Source: a virus
Length of the DNA: 64,000 bases
Virus record (IMG/VR): IMGVR_UViG_3300044632_001398
Span: 1-64,000 of that record
Strand: one strand, 5' to 3'
Part shown: one piece after another, positions 20,821 to 31,462 of the stretch
Numbering within the stretch: the stretch's first letter is position 1
Layout: each line of letters begins with the position of its first letter
Notes under the pieces: generated by a model
What the model was told of the DNA's origin: nothing
Seen by the model: the letters and a program-made list of their open reading frames with translations, nothing else
Database searches by the model: none
Made by a program: the position numbers and the translations under genes

Positions 20821-21617
20821 AATATATCTTTTTCTATGTTTTTTATAATACTATCGGCAATAATCCTATGACAATTTTTTGATGGATGATGATCTTGAGG
20901 AGGATTAGTTAAATCCGAATCGTTTGATATTAACATACCATTATTTAATTTAATTAAATCGTCAATACAATTATACGTTTTATTATTATAATCTAATATA
21001 ATCAATTTTTTTGAAATTTCCTCATTATTGAAGATTAATTTTAATAAATCATCTTGCCAACATAGTATTTTAGTTTTTATACCTTTTTCTTCATAAAATT
21101 TTAAAAATTCATTTAATTCACGTAAAATTTGATTTTTAAAAATATCATACCATTCATCAAATGATGAATTATTTTCATACAACCACTCAATAAAAATTCT
21201 ATCTTCTTTATTATCAGAAAATTGATTTTTAAATGGAATATTAAGGTTATAATCTGTCCCTTTATAATTAAATTTAAATTTATTTCTTGTTATTTGACTT
21301 GTTTGAAATATGATATATTCAATATCATCATAATTTAAACAACAAATCGGTGATTTTCCGTTAAACGAGTCTTCAATAAATTCAAATGAATCGTATTCAC
21401 TACCCCCATTATTAGATTTAACAACTTCAAATGTATTAAAATGATTTGCAACTAATCTTGGGTAATAAAGTGTATTTTTAAATTTTATTTGTGCGTCGGT
21501 TATGAATTTTTGATTAAACTCACTATCACTTAATTTTATTACATTAGGTAAATTAGAGTAATAATATAATCCTTGACCCCAAGTAAATGAACAACCGGCA
21601 AATATAATTCCTTTCAT
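20817..21617 (-). CDS. SGNH-like protein
   Basis: FAGCSFTWGQG, NGGS, DHHPS..CH; start revised to MKGII. Confidence 0.7.
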   Translation of the reverse strand: MKGIIFAGCSFTWGQGLYYYSNLPNVIKLSDSEFNQKFITDAQIKFKNTLYYPRLVANHFNTFEVVKSNNGGSEYDSFEFIEDSFNGKSPICCLNYDDIEYIIFQTSQITRNKFKFNYKGTDYNLNIPFKNQFSDNKEDRIFIEWLYENNSSFDEWYDIFKNQILRELNEFLKFYEEKGIKTKILCWQDDLLKLIFNNEEISKKLIILDYNNKTYNCIDDLIKLNNGMLISNDSDLTNPPQDHHPSKNCHRIIADSIIKNIEKDIL

Positions 21618-21618
21618 A

Positions 21619-22434
21619 TTATAATTCGTTTTCAATTACGCTAATAATACTATCGGCAATTACTCTGTGACATTTTTTTGACGGATGATGATCATTATAA
21701 ACGTATCCATTAAAGTAAGGGTCATGTTCAATATACATTTCTTTATGTTTTTGTTGTAACTGTTGTATAGTGTCAAAAACCTCACCATTGTAATGTAATT
21801 GTATAAATCTTGAATTTAAAAACTCATCATTTTTAATATGATGTAATAAATCATCTTCCCAAGTAAGTATCTTAGTTTTTAAACCTTTTTCTTCGTAAAA
21901 TCTTATCTGTTTAATTAGTCTATGATATTGTTGTTCAGATAATTGATTTTTCCAATCATCAATAGAATAGTTATTTACTTCCATCCATTTTAATAAATTA
22001 GATGTGTCACCCCAATCCGCTTTAGGAGGTAGGTTACATGAAAAAGATTCACCATTAACTTCAAAGTAAAAGTTATTTCTAAACAATTGAGAAAGTTGGA
22101 TTATCACATAATCAAAATCGTCATAGGTATATCTTTCGTTTGAATAATGACTATATATTTTCTTTTTTTCTGAATCTGTTAGTATATTATCAAAAAAATC
22201 AAATGTCTCGTCCTCAGACCCACCGTTTACGTTTTTGAAAACTTCAAACGTATTAAAATGATTTGCAACTAATCTTGGAAACCTAATTGTATCTTTAAAT
22301 TTAATTTGAGCGTCCGTAATTTTATCTGCATGATATTGATATGGAGGTGGATTGTAAAGATTCGGTAATTCGGAATAAAAGTACAATCCTTGTCCCCATG
22401 TGAATGAGCAACCCCCAAATAATAATCCTTTCAT
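21619..22434 (-). CDS. SGNH-like protein (close paralog of adjacent gene)
   Basis: FGGCSFTWGQG, NGGS, DHHPS..CH. Confidence 0.7.
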   Translation of the reverse strand: MKGLLFGGCSFTWGQGLYFYSELPNLYNPPPYQYHADKITDAQIKFKDTIRFPRLVANHFNTFEVFKNVNGGSEDETFDFFDNILTDSEKKKIYSHYSNERYTYDDFDYVIIQLSQLFRNNFYFEVNGESFSCNLPPKADWGDTSNLLKWMEVNNYSIDDWKNQLSEQQYHRLIKQIRFYEEKGLKTKILTWEDDLLHHIKNDEFLNSRFIQLHYNGEVFDTIQQLQQKHKEMYIEHDPYFNGYVYNDHHPSKKCHRVIADSIISVIENEL

Positions 22435-23408
22435 TAATTAAATTCGTTTTTGTGTTGTAAATACCAATCGTAAGCTAATCTTAATCCGTTTTGAATAGTT
22501 GTCTTAGCTTCCCAACCTAAATTCTCTTTTATTTTATTTGAATCAATTTTACGAGTTGGAATCATAGACGGTTTTCCTTGAATGTATTCGGTTGGTACCT
22601 CATGTTCTGCAATTGCTCTCATTATTTCTAAAACTTTATTTACTGAGTATACAGTGTTTGAACCAACATTATATGTTTGGAACATTTCAGTCTCATTTTC
22701 CATCACCACTTGTAATGCCTCAACAAAGTCTTCAATGTATAGTAAATCTCTTAATTCGGAACCGTCACCCCACACTGGTATTGGGTCCATTTTATCAGCA
22801 ACCTTACGAATTGTTGCAGGAGTAACGTGACATTTGTTGAAATCATATTTATCGTGAGGGCCAAACAAATTCGCTGGTCTAATCACAGTACATTTCATTG
22901 TTCGTGGTAAGTATTTTGCATACAACTCACATTGAACCTCAGCATATCTCTTCATCCAACCAACAGGAAAATAAACAGGATATGGTTCATCAAATAAGAA
23001 ATCAGTCTCAACTACCGGTTCATCACCTTTAGGTGGATAAACAGTATTAGATGATATAAATACATAATGTTTAACTTCGTTTCTCCAAGCGGAATCAATT
23101 AAAAAATTATTCATTGCCACATTTGGAGTTACGTGAGCTAATGGATCAACTACTGTATCAACAGCATTTGATGTGGAGGCTGCTGCGTGAAATACAACAT
23201 CTACATCTTTAGTTGCATTCATACAACCTTCATAGGTTTGTAAATCGTACTTACTATACTCAACACCATCGTAAGTGGTTCTTACACCTCTTTTATGAAG
23301 GTTTACTCTTAAATTGGTATAACCTTCTTTAATTAATCTTGCGGTTAAGTTTTGACCTACCAATCCCGAACCGCCGGTAATTAATATCTTTGAATTTTTG
23401 TCTATCAT
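22434..23408 (-). CDS. NAD(P)-dependent epimerase/reductase, GDP-fucose synthase-like
   Basis: TGGSGLVG, RPANLFGPHD, VWGDGSELRD. Confidence 0.85.
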   Translation of the reverse strand: MIDKNSKILITGGSGLVGQNLTARLIKEGYTNLRVNLHKRGVRTTYDGVEYSKYDLQTYEGCMNATKDVDVVFHAAASTSNAVDTVVDPLAHVTPNVAMNNFLIDSAWRNEVKHYVFISSNTVYPPKGDEPVVETDFLFDEPYPVYFPVGWMKRYAEVQCELYAKYLPRTMKCTVIRPANLFGPHDKYDFNKCHVTPATIRKVADKMDPIPVWGDGSELRDLLYIEDFVEALQVVMENETEMFQTYNVGSNTVYSVNKVLEIMRAIAEHEVPTEYIQGKPSMIPTRKIDSNKIKENLGWEAKTTIQNGLRLAYDWYLQHKNEFN

Positions 23409-25105
23409 ATTATATTTTGTTTTTTTAAGTCTTCTAATCTATATTCCTCCTCAACTAATTTTTTATCGTGAACGAAATCAATATAAGTTAATCGTCTAAA
23501 ATCATTTTTTACCTTTTCCACCGAATGATCAGGATTATTTAAAGTGAAATCTAATAATGCAAAATTACCTAAAGTTGGTTTTACATAATTAACTTCATTA
23601 TTTTCATTAATTCTCAACTCCCCACCACCATTATTATAATCATTTTCGTCGGATAAGTAAATTAAAATAACACAATATCTTTTTCTATTTTCCCCATCAT
23701 TGTGAGGTGTTATATGATCACCATTTTCATAAATTGTATATGCGTCTTGGTGATTGTAGTTACCTCTTAATATTGGATATATTTTACCTATGTAATCCTC
23801 AATTACAAAACGAAGATAATCCCTACCTTTTTGTAAATCATCATTAAAATGTTTACTTTCCCACCATCTTTGTACCTCTAATCCTTCTTTTTCTTTTATA
23901 TAATTTTCTAATCCCGAAATTTCATCTGATGTGTAATGTAACTTTTTTTCCCAACTATCAATTTGATTTTTTTCGGCAATTAATTTATAATCAAATCTAT
24001 AACTAAAATTACTATTATCTTTAGTAGATTCTTTTATACCATTAAGAATCTCTTTAAACTTTTCCATATCGGGTATAAGTTCCTCAATTTTACCAAAGTA
24101 ATAACCACCGTTAGTTAAAAATTCTCTTACATTAAAATTAACACCTTCAATAGGAAATTGAGTTTTATAATAATAATATGTTTTAGCTAAACCTTCTTCA
24201 AAAGGTGTTGTAGGTAGTAAACCATATTTTTCTTGTTTTGTGGTATCCATTTGTCTTCTTAAATCACCATTAGGTTTTGATGTGTCCCATTTAATGGTAA
24301 TATCCTTACCACTTATTTTTACTAACGATTCAATCATAGATTTAATTGTAATCTCAACACCCGAACCAAAATTAATTACATCATGTATACCATCTTCGTA
24401 CATTTTTTTAATTGCAAATGCAACATCTTTTCCATAGACAAAGTCTCTAATTGAACTACCATCACCCCAAGACTCAATTGAATCAGTTGCTTCATGTATT
24501 TTCTTTATTGTTGAAGAAATTACAGTACCACTTCCACTATAATCATCGTAGTCACCATATATATTTGCAGGTCTAATAATGGACCATTTTTCATACCCAT
24601 ATTGTACTTTATATGCCTCTAATAACATCTCGCCAACTCTTTTAGACCAAGACGGAAACCAATCATGTTCAGATGGTAAAGTATTCCAAACGGTATCTTC
24701 AACAAACTTTTCGGCGGGTGAATAAACACCAACAGAACTCACAAAAACTAACCATATATCTTTTAATGCACATTGATTTATTATCTCAGTGTTAATTTTT
24801 ATTGATGGATATAAAAAATCCACTGGTTTAGTTTTTGCTTTAATTGGTGAACCTTTAATACCAAATGTATTAAATACGACATCAAAACTGTATTTTTCAA
24901 ATAATTTTTTAATTGAACCATCTACAGTTAAATCCATTTTTATAAACTCAAATCTATTTTTATATAGATTATTATAGTTAATTTCAGGTTCTTTTAAGTC
25001 AATACCCACAACGAAATAATTAAAATTATCTCTTAATAATTCAGTTAATAGAAATGTACCAACTAAACCTGAACAACCCGTTAACAACACTGTTTTTCTC
25101 TCCAT
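23405..25105 (-). CDS. Fusion: GDP-fucose-synthase-like SDR + 2OG-Fe(II) oxygenase
   Basis: TGCSGLVG, RPANIYG, WGDGSSIRDF; C-terminal ITPHNDG..LIYL..GGEL..HSVEKV..R. Confidence 0.8.
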   Translation of the reverse strand: MERKTVLLTGCSGLVGTFLLTELLRDNFNYFVVGIDLKEPEINYNNLYKNRFEFIKMDLTVDGSIKKLFEKYSFDVVFNTFGIKGSPIKAKTKPVDFLYPSIKINTEIINQCALKDIWLVFVSSVGVYSPAEKFVEDTVWNTLPSEHDWFPSWSKRVGEMLLEAYKVQYGYEKWSIIRPANIYGDYDDYSGSGTVISSTIKKIHEATDSIESWGDGSSIRDFVYGKDVAFAIKKMYEDGIHDVINFGSGVEITIKSMIESLVKISGKDITIKWDTSKPNGDLRRQMDTTKQEKYGLLPTTPFEEGLAKTYYYYKTQFPIEGVNFNVREFLTNGGYYFGKIEELIPDMEKFKEILNGIKESTKDNSNFSYRFDYKLIAEKNQIDSWEKKLHYTSDEISGLENYIKEKEGLEVQRWWESKHFNDDLQKGRDYLRFVIEDYIGKIYPILRGNYNHQDAYTIYENGDHITPHNDGENRKRYCVILIYLSDENDYNNGGGELRINENNEVNYVKPTLGNFALLDFTLNNPDHSVEKVKNDFRRLTYIDFVHDKKLVEEEYRLEDLKKQNII

Positions 25106-25106
25106 T

Positions 25107-26849
25107 TTATATTATTTTTTTTTCTAAATTTAAATAGTCATCAATTTTAACATCAGTTAACGATTTGAAAAAGTTAACGTCATTTTTTGAATTATATATA
25201 TCAAAAACTTTCTGACGATTTTTATCAAATCTTTCTTTATTGTTTTTATAGAATTCCATAAAGAATTCTTTATTTTCATACATTCGTTTAATCTCCGTAA
25301 TAACTTTATGCATTCTAATACGATTATCTGGTTCATCGTCATAATCATGACTTATTATGTCATCAAACATATCAAATTTAAATCTATCTTTTAGATATTT
25401 TACATGATTATATGAAGCCAAAAATATTGGGAATTGATAAAAGTAAAATGGTTTCATTGATTTTTCGGTGATATGTATTTCTTTGGGTGAATAACATGAT
25501 TCGGTTGTTATATTAACATATGTATCCTCATATGTTTTACGAGCATACACTCTATTCCAAAAAATTTGAGCACCATCACTAGTATCGTCAAACCAAGTTC
25601 TATTTTCTTCGTGTTTACTTTTTTTAATATCAATTTCAGTTAAGAATTTAATCTCATCTTTATATTCATTTTTTTCATCACCTATAAAAAATTCTGAATA
25701 GTAATTTTCATCTTCATGTCTTTTCTCCTGTTTATGATACCATCCCATAATTAAAGACCAATCTATGTGTTCTAAAATTCCATCTTTTTTTAACATACAT
25801 AAAAAAGAATATCTATGAGGCTTTGGACTTCTATTGTGACATAAGAAAAATTCACCGTTTTTTTCGGGTACAAAATTAGGATCACCAAGTTCAACCATAT
25901 GAGTTGATATGAACATAACCAAAAAATCCAAAGAATACATGTTATATAATATATTATGTTTTTGCTTATAATAATCTAATTTTGAATTATTATTTAACAT
26001 ATGGATTCTCCTATAATCTAATCCTTCTTTTATTATTAATTTATTTAAGTATACTACATAATCTTCATATTCAAATTCGTGTTCATTTAACATTATAATA
26101 TGAAAATTTAAACATTTATTGAAACATTCTCTAACCTTAGGAGGTAAAGGTAACGTCTCAACTTCCATAACATGATGATGAAAATTATCGCTGTTAATAA
26201 AATAAAAATAGTTCTCATTAGGATTTTCATAAACCTCATCCAAAACACAATTTCTTATATCATGAAAAAGATTATAGAATCTAAACAAACCAATCACAAT
26301 TTTATATCTATAGTAATCTCTATGTGCTGGATATAAATTTGCGTGATAAGTGGTATAATCATCGGACCATCTATCATAGACAATGTTAAATGTTTTTTTA
26401 TCAAAAACCCTTAGTTGATTCAAATAATCTAATTTTAAATCATTTGGTTTTAAAATAATAACATTCTTAAACGAAATAAATAATTTATCATATACTTTTT
26501 TAAGAGATTCAACAACGTCATATTCATCAAGTAAAATAATTTTAAAATTACTGTCACTTCTAATTCTACCTCTTAAATGTTCGGTAAATGGATAATCTTT
26601 ATCCAATAAATTTTTATTCTCAAAACGACTCAAATCGTTAATATGTGTTAGAAAATAATAATAATTTTCATTTACATTTTCGGCATTGTCATCAACGTTA
26701 GATTTTCTAATGTTTTCAACACCTGATAATTTAAGTAAATTTTGAACATATAAAAATCTCTCATCATCTGAAGGTTTTTTATTGTTCACGTAATGTGAAT
26801 CATCTAAATTATCTAAATTATCACAAATTATATTTAAAAAATAACCCAT
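25107..26849 (-). CDS. GT10-like putative glycosyltransferase with duplicated N-terminal module (member 2)
   Basis: FLCHNRSPKPHR, YVNITTES, ITEKSMKPFYFYQFPIFL; start revised to MGYFL. Confidence 0.55.
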   Translation of the reverse strand: MGYFLNIICDNLDNLDDSHYVNNKKPSDDERFLYVQNLLKLSGVENIRKSNVDDNAENVNENYYYFLTHINDLSRFENKNLLDKDYPFTEHLRGRIRSDSNFKIILLDEYDVVESLKKVYDKLFISFKNVIILKPNDLKLDYLNQLRVFDKKTFNIVYDRWSDDYTTYHANLYPAHRDYYRYKIVIGLFRFYNLFHDIRNCVLDEVYENPNENYFYFINSDNFHHHVMEVETLPLPPKVRECFNKCLNFHIIMLNEHEFEYEDYVVYLNKLIIKEGLDYRRIHMLNNNSKLDYYKQKHNILYNMYSLDFLVMFISTHMVELGDPNFVPEKNGEFFLCHNRSPKPHRYSFLCMLKKDGILEHIDWSLIMGWYHKQEKRHEDENYYSEFFIGDEKNEYKDEIKFLTEIDIKKSKHEENRTWFDDTSDGAQIFWNRVYARKTYEDTYVNITTESCYSPKEIHITEKSMKPFYFYQFPIFLASYNHVKYLKDRFKFDMFDDIISHDYDDEPDNRIRMHKVITEIKRMYENKEFFMEFYKNNKERFDKNRQKVFDIYNSKNDVNFFKSLTDVKIDDYLNLEKKII

Positions 26850-27469
26850 TTTCCTGTTCCGTAGTGCGGCCACTCTTTTTTATAATTATACCAAATAACA
26901 TCATTAGGAACATCTCTTTTTACACCATTCCAAGTTTCCTCTGTGGGAGTGTTTGTTGACACACCATTATCCTCAACAATGAATCTTATTGGTAAATCGT
27001 AACGTTTTGCATATTTGTGCATTTCATAGAAACCACCGGTTTCAAATGCCATATCACCAATGAAACACCATACTTTATCATTGTTACCATCTCTTTTATT
27101 TGCCATTGCCACACCTGTGGCGATAGGTATGATGGCCCCTACAATTGCTGAAGCGTAAAATCTATTTTCTTTATTAACTAAAGTAATTGACCTACCCTCT
27201 AATATTTCTTGTTCCACCCATTCAGACGGCACACCGTGTAGTAGTGCATGATAATGAGATCTCCAAGTTGAAAATACCCAATCTGTTGGTTTAATATATT
27301 TGAATATATCAATTAATTCGTCCTCATTTCCACCACTCAAGTGAATTGGACCTCTTACTTTACCGACTTCCCAATGGTCAGCCATTTTTCTTTCAAATTG
27401 AATTAATCCGGCTTTATCCCATAATGGATTATTCACAATTGGTAATTCATCTACTAAATTTTTTATCAT
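26834..27469 (-). CDS. ThDP enzyme alpha subunit (PDH-E1alpha-like, shortened)
   Basis: HLSGGNE, STWRSHYHAL, GDMA...EDN ThDP-binding motif. Confidence 0.85.
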   Translation of the reverse strand: MIKNLVDELPIVNNPLWDKAGLIQFERKMADHWEVGKVRGPIHLSGGNEDELIDIFKYIKPTDWVFSTWRSHYHALLHGVPSEWVEQEILEGRSITLVNKENRFYASAIVGAIIPIATGVAMANKRDGNNDKVWCFIGDMAFETGGFYEMHKYAKRYDLPIRFIVEDNGVSTNTPTEETWNGVKRDVPNDVIWYNYKKEWPHYGTGKWVIF

Positions 27470-28011
27470 CTATCTCGTTTTTGTAATATTGGTTTATCTG
27501 TTGGCCATTCCATTTGATATTCAGGGTCGTTCCATTTAACTACACCTTGTTCATCCGCATCTACATATCCATCTTTATAGAATAGGTTATAGTGAAACAT
27601 ACAATCAGACAATGCGTAGTGACCATTTGCAAAACCTGGGGGTACTAATACTTGGTTTCTCAATCTTTCACTTATAATATACGATTCCCATTCACCAAAT
27701 GTATCAGATGTTGGTCTCATATCTAAAACGACTAAATAGATATCACCTACTGCCGCTTGAACTAATTTCCATGTTTTATTATCCCAATGTAGACCTCTTA
27801 ATACACCTTTATATGAACGAGAGAATCTACCATGAATTGATATCTCACTCTTTTCATAATGAATATGTCTCATTACTGGGTGTTCTTCTGAATGAAAAGT
27901 TGTAAATATTTCACCTCTATACTCTCTGAATACTGATGGTTGAAATGATGGAACTTGATAACCGAATTTTTTTGATGGAGTTTCTACGAACTCATCCCAC
28001 TTGTTACTCAT
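27466..28011 (-). CDS. rmlC: dTDP-4-dehydrorhamnose 3,5-epimerase-like
   Basis: GVLRGLH, KLV, DMRPTS.TFG.W, VPPGFANGH, WNDP...WP. Confidence 0.9.
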   Translation of the reverse strand: MSNKWDEFVETPSKKFGYQVPSFQPSVFREYRGEIFTTFHSEEHPVMRHIHYEKSEISIHGRFSRSYKGVLRGLHWDNKTWKLVQAAVGDIYLVVLDMRPTSDTFGEWESYIISERLRNQVLVPPGFANGHYALSDCMFHYNLFYKDGYVDADEQGVVKWNDPEYQMEWPTDKPILQKRDR

Positions 28012-28012
28012 A

Positions 28013-28984
28013 TTATGTTTTATTTGCGTATCCTAAAGGAAATCCGTTTCTAAATTCTGCACCCATTTTCGGTACAATCATTTGATATGCCATTATTAAT
28101 TCTTCTATTCCTTTATCTAAATCCCATTCAGCTTTCCAACCAGTTAATTCAACTTTATTATTTGAAACTATATAATTTCTTTTATCGGGATCTTCATAAA
28201 AATCGTTATATGATACCGCAAAATTCTTAACATGTTCTTGTATTTTTTCAAGTAATTCTTGTTTACTTAAATTAGCACTACTCAAACCAACATTGAAAAT
28301 TTCTCCTTTATATCTATCATAATTTTTTAACATAAATAAGAAAACATTTGCAACGTCTTGAATATGTATGAAATTACGTTTGAACGATTTTTCAAATACA
28401 ACAATATATTTGTCAGTGATTGCTTTATATGTGAAATCATTTACTAATAGGTCAGTTCTCATACGAGGAGAAACACCAAATACGGTTGCCAATCTAAAAA
28501 TAATAGCGTCTGTTGATGTTTTTAGGAAATTTTCAGCCTCACATTTTGTTTGACCATATACGGATATTGGTGTTAGTGGTGATTCTTCATCACATTCCAC
28601 CTGACCCGTACCTAAACCATAACCACTATTAGTGTTAGGGTATAATATTTTTTTATTTTTATTGTTACAATATTTTACAATATTCACAATTTGTTTGAAA
28701 TTAATTTCTTTGGCCAATTCAGGTTCTGACTTACACGCGGGAAATCCAACGATTGCCGCTAATGGGATTATAACATCAGACTCATTACATAGTCTTTCTA
28801 ATAAACTTTCATCACGAACATCACCATGTATAAATCTAAAATTTGGATTAGATGTGTAAGATAAAAGAGATACTTGATTAAAGATTAGTTTATCAAGTAC
28901 GGTCACTTCATAACCTTCATTTAACATTTTTCCCGTTATAACGGAACCAAGATATCCAGCGCCTCCTGTAATTAAAATTTTCAT
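28013..28984 (-). CDS. NAD-dependent sugar epimerase/dehydratase
   Basis: TGGAGYLGS, YGQTK, RLATVFGVSPRMRTDLLVN. Confidence 0.9.
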   Translation of the reverse strand: MKILITGGAGYLGSVITGKMLNEGYEVTVLDKLIFNQVSLLSYTSNPNFRFIHGDVRDESLLERLCNESDVIIPLAAIVGFPACKSEPELAKEINFKQIVNIVKYCNNKNKKILYPNTNSGYGLGTGQVECDEESPLTPISVYGQTKCEAENFLKTSTDAIIFRLATVFGVSPRMRTDLLVNDFTYKAITDKYIVVFEKSFKRNFIHIQDVANVFLFMLKNYDRYKGEIFNVGLSSANLSKQELLEKIQEHVKNFAVSYNDFYEDPDKRNYIVSNNKVELTGWKAEWDLDKGIEELIMAYQMIVPKMGAEFRNGFPLGYANKT

Positions 28985-28988
28985 TTAA

Positions 28989-29036
28989 AAAATATACGAA
29001 AAAAATATCATTTTTCAAATAAAATTCGTATATTTT
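28989..29036. promoter_or_regulatory. Divergent promoter region with a 12-bp inverted repeat
   Basis: AAAATATACGAA (28989-29000) / TTCGTATATTTT (29025-29036); minus strand TTTG-N19-TATATTTT 4 nt before ATG 28984. Confidence 0.6.
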
Positions 29037-29045
29037 ACTATTAAT

Positions 29046-30323
29046 ATGGAAAAAATTATTTGTAGTTTGGAGGAGTGGGATAGTATCTTAAACTATTATA
29101 GACCAAATGGAGCATCTAAAACTTGGTATTTAAAAGAACTTAAAAGATTAAGTAGACCTTTAATGTGGGGTGATTGGAATGTGTTCACCGAAGATGGGGA
29201 TTTGTTTGAAGATAATAGATTATGGGATAATGTCACACCAAAGCATATAAAACAACTTGATTATGTTCCTTACGAAAATATTGATAATCAACCACATATA
29301 TATGTAATTAATGTATATTCATTTAGTTTTTTTAGAGATAATGAAAATATTGGCTTTAAGTGTGTGTCCGAAAAATATTTGAATGATATACGTGAAGGTA
29401 GGTCTAAAATAATGTTAATATTCCTTTATGAAGGATATTCTGGCTCAAAGGGTAACTACGATTTAGAAATCATTGAAAAGTGGAGAGTAGATTCTAATCT
29501 ACCGAAAGACTCAATATATTACGTATCAGGTAATTACTTAATACAAGAATTAATAGATAAAAAGGGTTTGAATTTTCAAGGTAGACCAATTCATTATTTT
29601 GAACCGTGGAATAGATATGACGAAACTGAAGTAGTTAAATTTAAACCTATAGATGATAGGTATTTGTTTCTTTCTTATAATAGAAACCCAAGACCACAAA
29701 GAATACAATTCTTGTTGATAATGTTGAGAGAACAATTATTTAATAGAGGATGGATTAGTTTGAATAATTTGATTTACGAACCAATGCCTGGCGATAATTT
29801 GGACGATTTTATTTATCTAAGAGATAATGCACCATTTGTAATAGACACAAGGTACGACTTGTTTTATAATTTAGCGATAAATATTACTAAGGAGGATTAT
29901 GAAAAAACGTTCATTTCAATCGTAACCGAATCTTTAGCGGATGATGACACATTATTCTTTTCAGAAAAAATATGGAAACCTATAATGGTCGGACATCCAT
30001 TTATATTATACGGTAATCAATATTCTTTGAAGTTATTAAAAGAATGGGGGTTTAAGACATTTGATAAGTGGATTGACGAATCGTATGATGAAATCGCCGA
30101 CAGGGTTCATAGAGCAGAAATGGTTGTTAACGAATTGAAGAAATTTGATAATAAAAGTATTGATGAATTAACAAAAATTAGGGAAGAGATGGAAGAAATA
30201 TGTAAGTTCAATCAAAACCATTATAAAATTTATTATAATAAAAAATATAACGATGACGGTACATGTAATGATTTAATTAACATTTATCAAGAAGTATGGT
30301 CAACAATAAAAAATAAAATATGA
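29046..30323 (+). CDS. GT10-like putative glycosyltransferase (member 3)
   Basis: FLSYNRNPRPQR, ISIVTES, FSEKIWKPIMVGHPFI, GFKTFD. Confidence 0.55.
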   Translation: MEKIICSLEEWDSILNYYRPNGASKTWYLKELKRLSRPLMWGDWNVFTEDGDLFEDNRLWDNVTPKHIKQLDYVPYENIDNQPHIYVINVYSFSFFRDNENIGFKCVSEKYLNDIREGRSKIMLIFLYEGYSGSKGNYDLEIIEKWRVDSNLPKDSIYYVSGNYLIQELIDKKGLNFQGRPIHYFEPWNRYDETEVVKFKPIDDRYLFLSYNRNPRPQRIQFLLIMLREQLFNRGWISLNNLIYEPMPGDNLDDFIYLRDNAPFVIDTRYDLFYNLAINITKEDYEKTFISIVTESLADDDTLFFSEKIWKPIMVGHPFILYGNQYSLKLLKEWGFKTFDKWIDESYDEIADRVHRAEMVVNELKKFDNKSIDELTKIREEMEEICKFNQNHYKIYYNKKYNDDGTCNDLINIYQEVWSTIKNKI

Positions 30324-31462
30324 AAGTAGGATTTATAGGTATTGGGAAATTAGGTAAGGATGCCGCGGAAGTGATGCATGAAGCGGGTCACGATGTTTTA
30401 GGTTATGACACTAGAACAATTCATGATTGTAAGTTTGAAATGACTTGGTCAATAGAAGACGTGTGTAAACACGGAGAGATTATTTTTATTGCGGTACCAA
30501 CACCACATCATCCTGAGTATGACGGTAGTCAACCAACATCACATTTAGAACCAAAAGATTTTGATTATTCAATTGTTAAAAACGTATTGGAAGAAATTAA
30601 TCAATACACTACTAAAGAACAATTGGTTGTTTTAATATCAACAGTTTTACCTGGTACAACAAGAAGAGAATTTATTCCTTTAGTTAAAAATTATCGTTTC
30701 ATATATAATCCTTATCTTATTGCAATGGGAACAGTTAAGGAAGATATGATTAGACCCGAAATGATTATAATTGGTACTGAAGATGGAACCACAACGGGTG
30801 ATGCGGATAAACTGACTGAATTTTATGGAACATTTGTTTATCCAAAAACAAGATGTGAAATTGGAACTTGGGATGATGCTGAAGCAATCAAAATATTCTA
30901 CAATACATTTATCTCAACGAAAATATCATTAGTCAATATGATTATGGACGTGGCTGAGAAAAATGGTAATATGAATACTGACGTTGTCACAGGTGCATTA
31001 GAAAGAAGTACATATAGAATATTAGGTCCCGCATATATGAAAGCAGGTATGGGAGATGGAGGAGGGTGTCACCCAAGAGATAATATTGCCTTGAGATATA
31101 TGGCCAAAGAATATGATTTAGGTTACGATTTGTTTGATGCAATAATGAAATCTAGAGAACTACAGGCAAAAAATATAGCAAAGAAGTTGATTGAATTACA
31201 TAATGAAAGTAAGTTACCAATTGTTATTTTAGGTGAAAGTTATAAACCAGGTGTACCATATGTAGATGGTTCATATTCTAAATTAATAGCTCACTATTTG
31301 GATTATCCTTGGTTATATTATGATAAAATTGTTGAACCTGCAGTATACCTATTAGGACATCGTGGTGTTTATAACGAAACTGTATTTCCTGAAGGTAGTG
31401 TGGTTTTAGATCCTTGGAGAGAACGAAATAAACCAGATACAATTTATTATGGTGGAAAATAA
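30320..31462 (+). CDS. ugd: UDP-glucose/GDP-mannose 6-dehydrogenase family
   Basis: GIGKLG, IAVPTP, STVLPGTT, AEAIKIFYN, GGGCHPRD. Confidence 0.85.
   Translation: MKVGFIGIGKLGKDAAEVMHEAGHDVLGYDTRTIHDCKFEMTWSIEDVCKHGEIIFIAVPTPHHPEYDGSQPTSHLEPKDFDYSIVKNVLEEINQYTTKEQLVVLISTVLPGTTRREFIPLVKNYRFIYNPYLIAMGTVKEDMIRPEMIIIGTEDGTTTGDADKLTEFYGTFVYPKTRCEIGTWDDAEAIKIFYNTFISTKISLVNMIMDVAEKNGNMNTDVVTGALERSTYRILGPAYMKAGMGDGGGCHPRDNIALRYMAKEYDLGYDLFDAIMKSRELQAKNIAKKLIELHNESKLPIVILGESYKPGVPYVDGSYSKLIAHYLDYPWLYYDKIVEPAVYLLGHRGVYNETVFPEGSVVLDPWRERNKPDTIYYGGK

Noticed and set aside
20272-27469. Pyruvate dehydrogenase as an auxiliary central-metabolism gene
   Set aside because: Subunits truncated, no E2/E3, embedded in an NDP-sugar operon
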